DNA from: a virus
Virus record (IMG/VR): IMGVR_UViG_3300049001_000080
Coordinates: 38,446 to 102,445 of that record
Length of the DNA: 64,000 nucleotides
Direction: 5' to 3' (one strand)
Shown here: positions 28,612 through 36,636 of the stretch, in pieces
Layout: the number at the start of each line of letters is the position of its first letter
Position numbering within the stretch: position 1 is the first letter of the stretch
Translations under genes and position numbers: made by a program
Notes under the pieces: generated by a model
What the model saw: the letters and a program-made list of their open reading frames with translations, nothing else
The model's database searches: none
Told to the model about the DNA's origin: nothing

Positions 28612-29279
28612 GCGGCCACCTCCAGCGTCGCCATGAGCCGGGAGCCGACCCACTCGGTGTAGGCGGGAGGGATCGCCTGGGCAAGCTCGATGTTGGTCAT
28701 CCAGTCGATGCCCATCGCCGCGACCCGCTCGGCCTTCGCCCCGTTGTACTCGCCCCTCGGGGCCGTACCCCCCCCGCCGTGCCCGTAGACGCCCACCGAG
28801 GCGTCGGTGTGATCGCACGGCCCCGGGGCGGCCAGGGTGAGGCTGGACTCGAACAGGCGGTGCCTGCGGAGCTGCCTGTGGACCCCGTCGGAGCAGGTGG
28901 TGCCCAGCCCGAACATCGACCCGCACAGCACCAGCGGGTCGCGCAGCGGGGCGCCCGGGACGTTCTCGATCACCCACGGCAGGCCCGAGCGCTCGAACAG
29001 GTGCCGGGTCGCCGCGACCAGCCAGCCGGTCCCGTGCTCGGGCCACATCGCGCGGAACCTGCCGTGGTCGTGGCAGGGCGGCGAGCCGACGACCACGTCG
29101 AACCGCCCGGAGGCGAGCAGCTCCGCGCCCACCTCCAGCGCGTCACCCCGCACGAACTCGAAGGGGTACCGGGGCTGCGGCGCGATGTCCACGCCCACCA
29201 CGTCGAAGCCGGCCCGGTGGTAGCCGGCGGACGCCCCGCCGGCCTTGCAGAACAGATCGAGGGCTCGACGGCGGGTCAT
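28608..29279 (-). CDS. Short DNA (cytosine-5) methyltransferase
   Basis: Motif I LDLFCKAGG, IV GSPPC, VI IENV, VIII RRHRLF, X AQAIPP. Confidence 0.85.
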   Translation of the reverse strand: MTRRRALDLFCKAGGASAGYHRAGFDVVGVDIAPQPRYPFEFVRGDALEVGAELLASGRFDVVVGSPPCHDHGRFRAMWPEHGTGWLVAATRHLFERSGLPWVIENVPGAPLRDPLVLCGSMFGLGTTCSDGVHRQLRRHRLFESSLTLAAPGPCDHTDASVGVYGHGGGGTAPRGEYNGAKAERVAAMGIDWMTNIELAQAIPPAYTEWVGSRLMATLEVAA

Positions 29280-30250
29280 GATGTCGCTCCGGTACACACC
29301 AAGACCGCCCCAGCCATCAGCGGGGGGATCGCGTTGCCGATCTGACGGAAGCGCGAGGCGACCGGACCACACCAAGGGTGGCCAGGAGGGAGGCTCTGGA
29401 GAGTGGCCGCCTCCTCGATGGTGAGTCGAACCTGGCTGTGCGCGGCCCGGTCGGTGGGCCGTGGCACCCAGGTCGACTCCGCGATCCGCTCTCGCCACCA
29501 GGCACGACGCCAGGACGAGCCGACCAGCACGTCCGCCCCCGCCTGCCGGCCACGGGCCGTCAACACCGTCGGGGCGGGCGCGTCGGACAGCCCCCACCCG
29601 ATCGCCTCGGCCATGCTGATCCACCTCGGAAACGCGGCGTCTACGGGTCCGCCTCGACCGTTGTACGCGGCGTGGGTGGCTGCGGGTAGCTCGGCTTCAC
29701 CGTGTAGCCGAGCTACTAGTACAGCTCGCTTGCGGGCCTGAGGCACGCCGAACTGCTCAGCGGATAGCACGCCCGTAGCGGTGGAGTAGCCTCGCCCCGT
29801 CAGCACGGCCGCGATGGCCTCCCAGATCGGCAGGACACTCGGCACCTGTTCCAGCGCGACCCACTCTGGCTGGGTGGTCAACGCCCAGCGGAGCGGCTCC
29901 AGCACCAGCGCGGTGCGCGGGTCATCGGTGGCCGCGACCTCCTCGGCCGGCCACTCCCCGGTGTCGAGCCGCTTGATCGCCTGCACCACCAGGTCGAGCT
30001 GTCGCTGCCCGCTACGTAGGCCACCCTCACTAAAGGTCTGGCACGGCGCGCTGGCGATCAGGCCTCGTGCCAGGATCGGCTCGACCTCACGCACGTCGGC
30101 CTGGAGGGTGTCTAGCCCGGCTGCAAGCCTAGTCGCCACACAGTCGGGGTCCGTCTCCACGCCCAGCACCCGCAGGCCGAGCCCTCGGGCAGCGAGAGAC
30201 CATCCACCTGCCCCGCCCGAGAACAGGTCTACAGCGTCGTACGCGCTCAC
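29276..30250 (-). CDS. DNA (cytosine-5) methyltransferase
   Basis: VDLFSGGAGG, ASAPCQTFS, LEQVP, GVPQARKR, RLTIEEAATLQS, QIGNAIPP. Confidence 0.92.
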   Translation of the reverse strand: MSAYDAVDLFSGGAGGWSLAARGLGLRVLGVETDPDCVATRLAAGLDTLQADVREVEPILARGLIASAPCQTFSEGGLRSGQRQLDLVVQAIKRLDTGEWPAEEVAATDDPRTALVLEPLRWALTTQPEWVALEQVPSVLPIWEAIAAVLTGRGYSTATGVLSAEQFGVPQARKRAVLVARLHGEAELPAATHAAYNGRGGPVDAAFPRWISMAEAIGWGLSDAPAPTVLTARGRQAGADVLVGSSWRRAWWRERIAESTWVPRPTDRAAHSQVRLTIEEAATLQSLPPGHPWCGPVASRFRQIGNAIPPLMAGAVLVCTGATS

Positions 30251-30941
30251 GCTGCGGCCTCAAGAGCCCGCATGACCTGTCCCCCGACGTAGCGGGTGTA
30301 CTCGGGCGGGATCGCCTCGCACACCTCGCGGATGCCGACGCGGGTGCGCTCGAAGTCGGCGTCCTCCGGGATGGCCAGCCAGGGCAGGCCCATGACCTCG
30401 GCCGCTGCCCGCTGCCAGGCGCGAGAGTGCTTGCCGCCGTGGACCGACATGAACTGGCCGTCTCGCGGGAGGTAGCCGTTGCGCGCGCAGCGGGCGACGT
30501 GCGCGGGCAGGGCAGGCCGTGTGATCGGGACGGACGACTCGAACCCCCGGTGCCGGTAGACGCGGAGGTCAAACATGGACCCGCAGAGGACGACGGGGTC
30601 CAGCAGCGGGGCCTGCGTGACGTTCTCGATCACGTACGGCACGCCGCTCGCCCTGAGCAGCTCGCGTACCGGGGCCACGAGGTCGGGGTAGGTGTGCCGG
30701 TTGTAGGCGTTCAGCAGGCTGTACGACTGGCACGGAGGGCTGGCGTGGATGAGGTCGAACGTCCTGAGGAAGGGCAGGTCGGCCAGCACCGTCATCGCGT
30801 CGGCCTGGATGAACTCGTGTGGGTAGCGCGGCTGAGGGTCGATGTCGACGCCCACGACCTGGAGCCCGGCGAGCTGGTAGCCACGGGACGCACCCCCCCG
30901 CAGCAGAACAGGTCGAGCACCTTAGGGCGGGTCAGCGGCAT
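30247..30941 (-). pseudogene. Short C5 methyltransferase frameshifted at a G7 tract
   Basis: RBS AAGGAG plus ATG gives MPLTRPKVLDLFCCGG; one extra G at 30893-30899 restores GGGASRGYQLAG and joins SPPCQ, IENV, EAIPP (231 aa). Confidence 0.85.
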
Positions 30942-31035
30942 GGGGTCTCCTTCTGGCGGGTTCCCAAGAGCGTAGCGCCTGCGCGCTGTCTAGTGGCAGG
31001 GAAGTCTAACTCACGAGGCCGCCTTCGCCTCGTCC

Positions 31036-31311
31036 TCATCGACCTTCCTCTGCCTGACGGATGGCGATCCTGCCGCCCGTCCATGCCTCCGGGTCGATCG
31101 GCTTCACCCACAGGATGCCGCCCTCGACCTCGACGGCCCAGACCTCGACCGCGATGCCGGTGCTGGCGAGGCGCGTGACGTAGTAGTAGGACCGCCCCAG
31201 GTCGGTCACGCTGGTCGAGGCGCTCTCGATCGAGGCGACGTCGGGGTGGTCCTCCCGGATGGTCGCGACGACGCCGAGGTCTGGTCGGTAGGGGCTGCCG
31301 TACCACCCCAT
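31036..31311 (-). CDS. Hypothetical protein
   Basis: ATG overlaps nuclease stop; MGWYGSPYRPD... Confidence 0.55.
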   Translation of the reverse strand: MGWYGSPYRPDLGVVATIREDHPDVASIESASTSVTDLGRSYYYVTRLASTGIAVEVWAVEVEGGILWVKPIDPEAWTGGRIAIRQAEEGR

Positions 31312-32858
31312 CACAGACCCCGGGGGTCGTCGGCGTAGGACCGCAACAACGCGACGAAGGCGGCGCGGGTCGGGGTCGCTGACACCTCCAGCAGGCGACC
31401 GCGATCTGCTACGGCGAGCGCTCCCCGCTCCTGGCGGAATGCCGCCCACTGCTGGAGGTTGTGCGCCTTGACCTCACCTTTGATCTCTACTGGGAGGTCG
31501 CCCTCGGGGGTGGATACGACGAAGTCGGGGCCGTACAGGTGTCCGTCGTAGGCCACCTCTCCGTCCGCTTGACGGTCGTACCTGCGCACGACCGCCTTGC
31601 GGAGGGTGCACGCCGAGACGAACGCGGCCTCGTAGGAGGACTCGTGGTAGACCCCGTTGATGTAGCCGGTGCTCTCACTGGCAGGGAGGCTCTTGAGGTG
31701 CGTCCGAGCGCACTCCTCGTGGTACTTGCGCGGCTGACTCTTCCGGTGCCGGATGTCGCCGTCACCCGCCGCGCAGGGGGTGGTCGTCCAGTTGGCCGGG
31801 TCCTCCTCGCGCTTCTTCCCGTACCGATCCCGGCACTCGGGGTGGTAGCTGCGGCTCTTGCTCCCCGTCCATCCGCCGCACGGGCAGAGCTGGCCGCGTA
31901 GGTCGTCCAGCACCTCACCGAAGCGGCCCTCTGCCGTCACCCCGCCCTGAGCCAGCAGGCGCCGGACGGTGTAGAAGTCGGCGTGCGCCCGCTTGGCGAT
32001 CTCGCTGATCCCGACCCCCTCGCCGTACATCTTGACGACCTCGGCGACGCGCTCAGGAGAGTCGGGGGAGGATCGCGCCGGGGAGCCAGCCTCCCGCAGC
32101 CACCGGTACAGGCTGCTCGGCGTGACCCCGACGTCCTGGGCGACCGCCACCGGCTCCTCCCCTCGGGCGATGCGTTCGACGGCCTCTTTGGTGCGGGGGT
32201 GAGGCGGGCGCCCCGGCTGCGACCGGTGATCTTCTGTCGAGTGGCTCGCGAACGATGTCGGGTACAGCGGCCTCACGCCGCTGTCGCGCAGCCACTTCTC
32301 GATGGTGCCGCGGTTCACCAGCTCGTCGAGTGCCTGGCGGATCTGCTCGGTGTCCTTGCCCTGCCCGTGCAGCTCCAGCACCCGGGCGAGGTTTCGGTCT
32401 CGCTTCGCCGGAGGCTTCCCTCCCGGCGGCTTGCGCTGGACCCCCTGCTCGCCGGCCCAGCGCTGGACGGTGCGCTCGGAGACGTGGTAGCGGGCGGCGA
32501 TCTCTCCGACGGGGTGGCCGTCGCGGTAGAGAGCCACCGCCTCGTCTGCGACTCGATCTACCGGGTTCGCGGTGGCCAGGCCCATCTCGCGCATCCAGCG
32601 GTGGACCGTATGGATCGGCTCGCCGATCGTGCCGGCGATCTTGGAGGGGCCGTCCCCCCGGGAGTTCAGCTCGCGGATCTGGTCCTCGAAGCCTGATCGA
32701 CGGCTCTTGACCCCCGCCCTCTGCCCCCGGCCGTTAGCCCTGACGATCTCCCGGACGAGGTAGCCGGGGACCCCGACCTTGAGCGCGATGGCGTTCGCTG
32801 GCTCCCCCAGGTCGTGCAGGCGCAGGACCTCGGGGGTGCGATCTGAGGTATCATGCAT
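31311..32858 (-). CDS. Six-HTH, zinc-binding, PD-(D/E)xK nuclease (free-standing homing-endonuclease-like)
   Basis: Six G...IA....V....V.RW.R..G-type HTH repeats; CPCG..YHPEC and C..YHEEC; C-terminal SSYE...YGPDF...VEIKG. Confidence 0.85.
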   Translation of the reverse strand: MHDTSDRTPEVLRLHDLGEPANAIALKVGVPGYLVREIVRANGRGQRAGVKSRRSGFEDQIRELNSRGDGPSKIAGTIGEPIHTVHRWMREMGLATANPVDRVADEAVALYRDGHPVGEIAARYHVSERTVQRWAGEQGVQRKPPGGKPPAKRDRNLARVLELHGQGKDTEQIRQALDELVNRGTIEKWLRDSGVRPLYPTSFASHSTEDHRSQPGRPPHPRTKEAVERIARGEEPVAVAQDVGVTPSSLYRWLREAGSPARSSPDSPERVAEVVKMYGEGVGISEIAKRAHADFYTVRRLLAQGGVTAEGRFGEVLDDLRGQLCPCGGWTGSKSRSYHPECRDRYGKKREEDPANWTTTPCAAGDGDIRHRKSQPRKYHEECARTHLKSLPASESTGYINGVYHESSYEAAFVSACTLRKAVVRRYDRQADGEVAYDGHLYGPDFVVSTPEGDLPVEIKGEVKAHNLQQWAAFRQERGALAVADRGRLLEVSATPTRAAFVALLRSYADDPRGL

Positions 32859-32915
32859 GGTAGGGAGCCCTTCATCATGGTGGTCCGACAACCTCCATGG
32901 TACGGGCTCCCTACC
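32859..32915 (-). promoter_or_regulatory. Hairpin covering the nuclease translation-initiation region
   Basis: GGTAGGGAGCCC / GGGCTCCCTACC 12 bp stem with inner CATGG/CCATG; the 3' arm abuts the ATG. Confidence 0.7.
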
Positions 32916-32955
32916 TTTTTGGCAAAAACACGCTGTAACTAAGTGCCACGAAGAC

Positions 32956-33175
32956 CATCTCGTCGAACACCCAGCCCTTCCAGAAGCTCTCCAGGCCCTC
33001 CACGCAGCACTAAGCCCACATCTCAACCCCGTTCAGGAGGGTGAGCTGCGGGCTTAGTGAGAGGTATGTCAGCCCGTGTAGGTTGATTTCGTCACAGTGG
33101 CGATTCCACGTGGGTTCAAGATCGCCATCGAGATCATCTCGTCGAACACCCAGCCCTTCCAGAAGGACTCCAGGC
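32956..33175. repeat. 41 bp direct repeat: intergenic copy (32956-32996) of capsid codons LESFWKGWVFDEM (33135-33175)
   Basis: 39/41 identical with a 31 bp perfect core; the two mismatches are TCC versus AGC (both Ser). Confidence 0.95.
33008..33059 (-). terminator. Long stem-loop after capsid stop
   Basis: CACTAAGCCC...GGGCTTAGTG, extended by G-U pairs on the minus-strand RNA. Confidence 0.65.
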
Positions 33176-34079
33176 GGTTGTTCTCCTCGACGTCCAGGCT
33201 GTAGAGGACGGGGAAGACGCCCAGGAACTGGGGGTCCGGCAGCAGGAACGCCTTGCCCTGCGGCACCATCACCGACCGCTGGACCTGGAACTCGCCGAAC
33301 GTGGTGATCTTCTGGCCGGCCACCACGCGGTCCTTGAACGCCCAGCCCGTGGTGTTCTGGTCGAACAGGTAGAAGTCCCGGTAGTCGGCCGGGCTCAGCA
33401 GCAGCCTGGCCGCCTCGATCTCGCGCAGGTCCGTCATGGTCACGGCGGCGTAGAGCGCGGCCGGCGTGATGCCGCCCGAGGCGATGGTGACGTTCTGCGC
33501 GCCCGGCGTGGGGTTGTCCGCCCGGGTCGCGTAGTCGGTGACCGCGGCCTGGAGCAGGACCATCAGCCGCGCGTCCTCCTGCTTGAGGATCGACTGCTTG
33601 GTCTCGTCCTGGGCCTGCTCGACCATGTTGACGCGGAAGGAGTAGAGGTCCTCCTTGCGCATCGCCGGGAAGCTCGCGAGGCGGAAGAAGTCCACCCGCA
33701 CGCGCTTGCCCTCGAAGGGCGTGACGCGGACCTCGCCGTCGTGCCCGGACAGGACGTACGACTGGCCGAGGTCGTCGAACACCTCGTAGGTGACCTCGGT
33801 GCCGGGCACGACCGGGTCCTCGATCAGGACGTTGCGGATCATGCCCTGGTACCGGAGCTTGAGCTGGATCGGGCCGATCATGCCGACGCCCAGGCGCTGG
33901 ATGCCGTTGACCGAGTCGCTCAGGATCAGGGCGAGCTTCTGCTGCTTCTCGGCGCTGCTGAGCCGGGTGACGACCAGGTCGTCGCCCTCGCGCCGGGCGT
34001 GCTTGAGGTACGCGTCGACGTAGTCGTCGGACCGCCGCGCGGGCTTCCGGAGTCCACCCGCCAGGACGGGGAGTGTCAT
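33069..34079 (-). CDS. Major capsid protein
   Basis: 336 aa after protease/scaffold and decoration genes; PIQLKLRYQG, IQ/LKQED-type and GWVFDEMISMAILNPRG motifs. Confidence 0.9.
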   Translation of the reverse strand: MTLPVLAGGLRKPARRSDDYVDAYLKHARREGDDLVVTRLSSAEKQQKLALILSDSVNGIQRLGVGMIGPIQLKLRYQGMIRNVLIEDPVVPGTEVTYEVFDDLGQSYVLSGHDGEVRVTPFEGKRVRVDFFRLASFPAMRKEDLYSFRVNMVEQAQDETKQSILKQEDARLMVLLQAAVTDYATRADNPTPGAQNVTIASGGITPAALYAAVTMTDLREIEAARLLLSPADYRDFYLFDQNTTGWAFKDRVVAGQKITTFGEFQVQRSVMVPQGKAFLLPDPQFLGVFPVLYSLDVEENNRLESFWKGWVFDEMISMAILNPRGIATVTKSTYTG

Positions 34080-34119
34080 CGGTCTCTTCCTCTCGGGTGC
34101 TCGGCCGGCCCGCGGACGG

Positions 34120-34629
34120 TCAGGCGTCGATGGCGGCGAGGCCGCCGATGGTGAGCTTGGTGGCGGACACCTTGAGCACCTTGGCCACCGGGTCGGTGCT
34201 GGCGTTGGCCGCGCCGTGCGGGATGAGCTGGCCGCGCTTGGACCCCGTGGTGCAGGCGTGCGCGAGCAGGAACGTGCCGTTGCCCGGGTCGGTCCAGGTC
34301 GCCGACGTGTCGAACGAGGGGGCCAGCACGTCGGCCTCGGCGTCGGGGCCCATGACCCAGACGGCGCAGGCGTTGACGCCAGCGTCGAGCAGCTCGTCGA
34401 TCGAGTCGCCGCCGATGTAGTTGCCGAAGAACCCGTACGGCACGCCGGTCCCGTTGATCAGCGTGACGTTGTCACCGGTGGTCTTCATGGCCACCATGCC
34501 GGGCCAGATGTTGACGCTGCGGTCCCAGGCCGGGTCCAGCAGCATCGACTTCGGCGTCTGCTGCGTCCACCCGTAGGTGGCTCGGTAGGGCCGCTTGATG
34601 TACGACCGAGAGATGCTGGTCTTGATCAA
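34120..34629 (-). CDS. Capsid decoration/stabilisation protein
   Basis: 169 aa, TTG start with GAGG RBS, directly upstream of capsid gene; WPGMVAMKT, beta-rich. Confidence 0.65.
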   Translation of the reverse strand: MIKTSISRSYIKRPYRATYGWTQQTPKSMLLDPAWDRSVNIWPGMVAMKTTGDNVTLINGTGVPYGFFGNYIGGDSIDELLDAGVNACAVWVMGPDAEADVLAPSFDTSATWTDPGNGTFLLAHACTTGSKRGQLIPHGAANASTDPVAKVLKVSATKLTIGGLAAIDA

Positions 34630-34646
34630 GGGGTATCGTCCTCTCT

Positions 34647-35435
34647 ATGACTCAGAACCAGTCCTGTGGATGTACTCCCGAGTGCCCGATCACGTGGGGT
34701 ACCTGCCACTGCGGATGTAGCACTCCGACTCGGATCGCACCCCAGAACAGCGCCGAACGAGGCTGGGTACGCGGCCAGCCGGTCCGCTACCGGAGAGGGC
34801 ATGCGCCACGGAATATCAACCACACACTCAGCGATCTCGACGAGACGAGACGGACCGCCACCTGCTCGCTCTGCGGCTCGGTCAGCATCAAGCGAAACGG
34901 GGCGAGCGGCTGGCGATGCCATCGCGGGATCATCGCTAAGCATCGGATCGTCGAGGTCGACGAGGAGGCCCGGACCGGCTACTGCCGGGCCTGCTCCAGT
35001 CGCGTCGACCTGCTGCGGCACACCCGGGACGGCTGGGTCTGTAAGCCGAACAAGGTCAAGACTGCCCAGGCCTGGCGCGATGCCAACATCGAGCGTCACC
35101 GTGAGATGAACCGCGCCTGGCGTGACGCCAACCGTGACCGCATTCGGAGCACCCATCTCGCGAAGAAATACGGCCTCACCGTCGAGCAGTACGAGGCGAT
35201 GATCGCCGGCCAGGGCGGCGTCTGTGCGGTCTGTCGTCAGCCACCGAGACCCGAGCACCGAGGCGGCATGCTGCACGTCGACCATGACCACGAGACCGGC
35301 GTCGTGCGTGGCGCGCTGTGCGCGAGCTGTAACCTGCTGCTCGGCCTGGCGGGTGACGCCGTCGAGGTCCTGAGGGGCGCGATCGAGTACCTGCTCCAGC
35401 ATCAGGACCTCCTCCCCGTTGCCCCGGCGGGGTGA
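34647..35435 (+). CDS. Endonuclease VII-family HNH nuclease
   Basis: KYGLTVEQYEAM...QGGVCAVC...LHVDHDHETGVVRGALCASCN..LG; N-terminal CHCGC; the only convincing + strand gene. Confidence 0.9.
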   Translation: MTQNQSCGCTPECPITWGTCHCGCSTPTRIAPQNSAERGWVRGQPVRYRRGHAPRNINHTLSDLDETRRTATCSLCGSVSIKRNGASGWRCHRGIIAKHRIVEVDEEARTGYCRACSSRVDLLRHTRDGWVCKPNKVKTAQAWRDANIERHREMNRAWRDANRDRIRSTHLAKKYGLTVEQYEAMIAGQGGVCAVCRQPPRPEHRGGMLHVDHDHETGVVRGALCASCNLLLGLAGDAVEVLRGAIEYLLQHQDLLPVAPAG

Positions 35436-35445
35436 CCCTTCCCGC

Positions 35446-35482
35446 TCACCCCTTGCGGTGCTGCCGGGTCGAGGACGGCAGG
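35446..35482 (-). promoter_or_regulatory. Putative late promoter CCTGC-N23-AAGGGGTGA for decoration/capsid
   Basis: Repeated motif; would read through the antisense EndoVII gene. Confidence 0.65.
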
Positions 35483-35499
35483 GTGCCTGGTGCAGAGGG

Positions 35500-35543
35500 C
35501 GCGCCGGGGCCGCCGTGTAGCCCGGCTGGGCGGCCCCGGCGCG
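35500..35543. terminator. Stem-loop between convergent scaffold and EndoVII genes
   Basis: 15 bp stem CGCGCCGGGGCCGCC / GGCGGCCCCGGCGCG. Confidence 0.65.
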
Positions 35544-35553
35544 TGACACCGCG

Positions 35554-36636
35554 CTACGCCAGGTCGAGGAACTCGGCCTGGACGACGGCGCCCGGTGACG
35601 CCGCCGCGACCTGCACGCCTGGCGTGCCGGCGACGCTCGGCATCGACCGCCCGCCACCTGCGGGCGTCGGCACGAGGTCGCGCCGCGCCGTCGAGGCCGC
35701 CGTGCGCCTGCCGGCGCCGAGCACGTCCTGGAGCGTCTGGGTGGCCGCCGCGACCACCTGCGGCGTGGCCGTCGCGTCGGCGACGATGGCCTGCGCCTCC
35801 TCCAGCTCGTCGCGCCGGGTGATGCCGGCCGCTCGACGAAGGCGGGCCAGGCCCAGCGCGGCGAAGAAGCGCGAGTCGGCCGAGCCGGTGGTCCAGCCCG
35901 TGTCGGTCATCGCCGGCTGGAGGTCGGGCGTCGTCAGCGTCTCGTTCTGCTGCGGCACGTGCGAGTCCTGCACCGGCGGCGGAGCCGAGATGTCCGCGGG
36001 CGTCGGGGCGGTGACGTCGGTGAGCTGGTTGAACGGCACCGCCGGCAGCGCCACGTCGGTGCTCTGGACGTCCGTGGTCGCGGCCGGGGTGACGCCCTGG
36101 TTGGCCGGTGCCGGCGCGGCACCGTAGGCCTGGGGGTCGTCGGTGGCCGCGGGCGCGAGCGCCTGCTCGTTGGTCGTCGGCACCGGGTCGCCCCGCTGGT
36201 CGCCGGCCGCGGTACGCCTGCTGGCCTCGTAGCCGGCGGTCCAGCCGTCCTTCCACGCGTCGTCGGCGCGGCCCCACTCGTCGGCCTTCGCCGCGGTGTC
36301 GAGCGCCGCGTGCTGCTGGTGGTCGAGGGCGCCCTGGCGCCGGCCGGCGTGGAAGCTGGCCGTGCGGGCGTCCTGGGGCGGGGCCAGGGCCGCGGCCTTT
36401 GGGTGCCCCGAGAGGCCGGCCAGATCGACGATGACGCCCAGCAGCCCCACCGCCCGGTCGAGCTGCGCGACCACCTGCTGCCCGACGCGCTCCTGCGCCG
36501 TCAGCCGCGCGCCCTGGGCCTCGATGAGGTTCTGCTGCGCCCGCATCGCCGCGAGGAGCCGCACCCGCTGCTCCCCCGCCGGGTTCTTGCCCTCACCCGC
36601 GCCGACCGCCTGGGTCCTACCCGTGCTCGTGCTCAT
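35554..36636 (-). CDS. Nested in-frame scaffold protein (360 aa)
   Basis: Internal late-promoter motif, AGGAG and ATG at 36636 (MSTSTGRTQ...). Confidence 0.6.
   Translation of the reverse strand: MSTSTGRTQAVGAGEGKNPAGEQRVRLLAAMRAQQNLIEAQGARLTAQERVGQQVVAQLDRAVGLLGVIVDLAGLSGHPKAAALAPPQDARTASFHAGRRQGALDHQQHAALDTAAKADEWGRADDAWKDGWTAGYEASRRTAAGDQRGDPVPTTNEQALAPAATDDPQAYGAAPAPANQGVTPAATTDVQSTDVALPAVPFNQLTDVTAPTPADISAPPPVQDSHVPQQNETLTTPDLQPAMTDTGWTTGSADSRFFAALGLARLRRAAGITRRDELEEAQAIVADATATPQVVAAATQTLQDVLGAGRRTAASTARRDLVPTPAGGGRSMPSVAGTPGVQVAAASPGAVVQAEFLDLA

Noticed and set aside
32911-33003. 30 aa mini-ORF (MEGLESFWKGWVFDEMV...) as a capsid-mimic peptide
   Set aside because: No RBS before the GTG; the frame is explained by the copied sequence. 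Not excluded, but unsupported.
32956-33175. Capsid repeat as a diversity-generating retroelement TR/VR pair or att site
   Set aside because: No reverse transcriptase or integrase in the window, the repeat is short, mismatches are not adenine-specific, and only 179 bp separate the copies.
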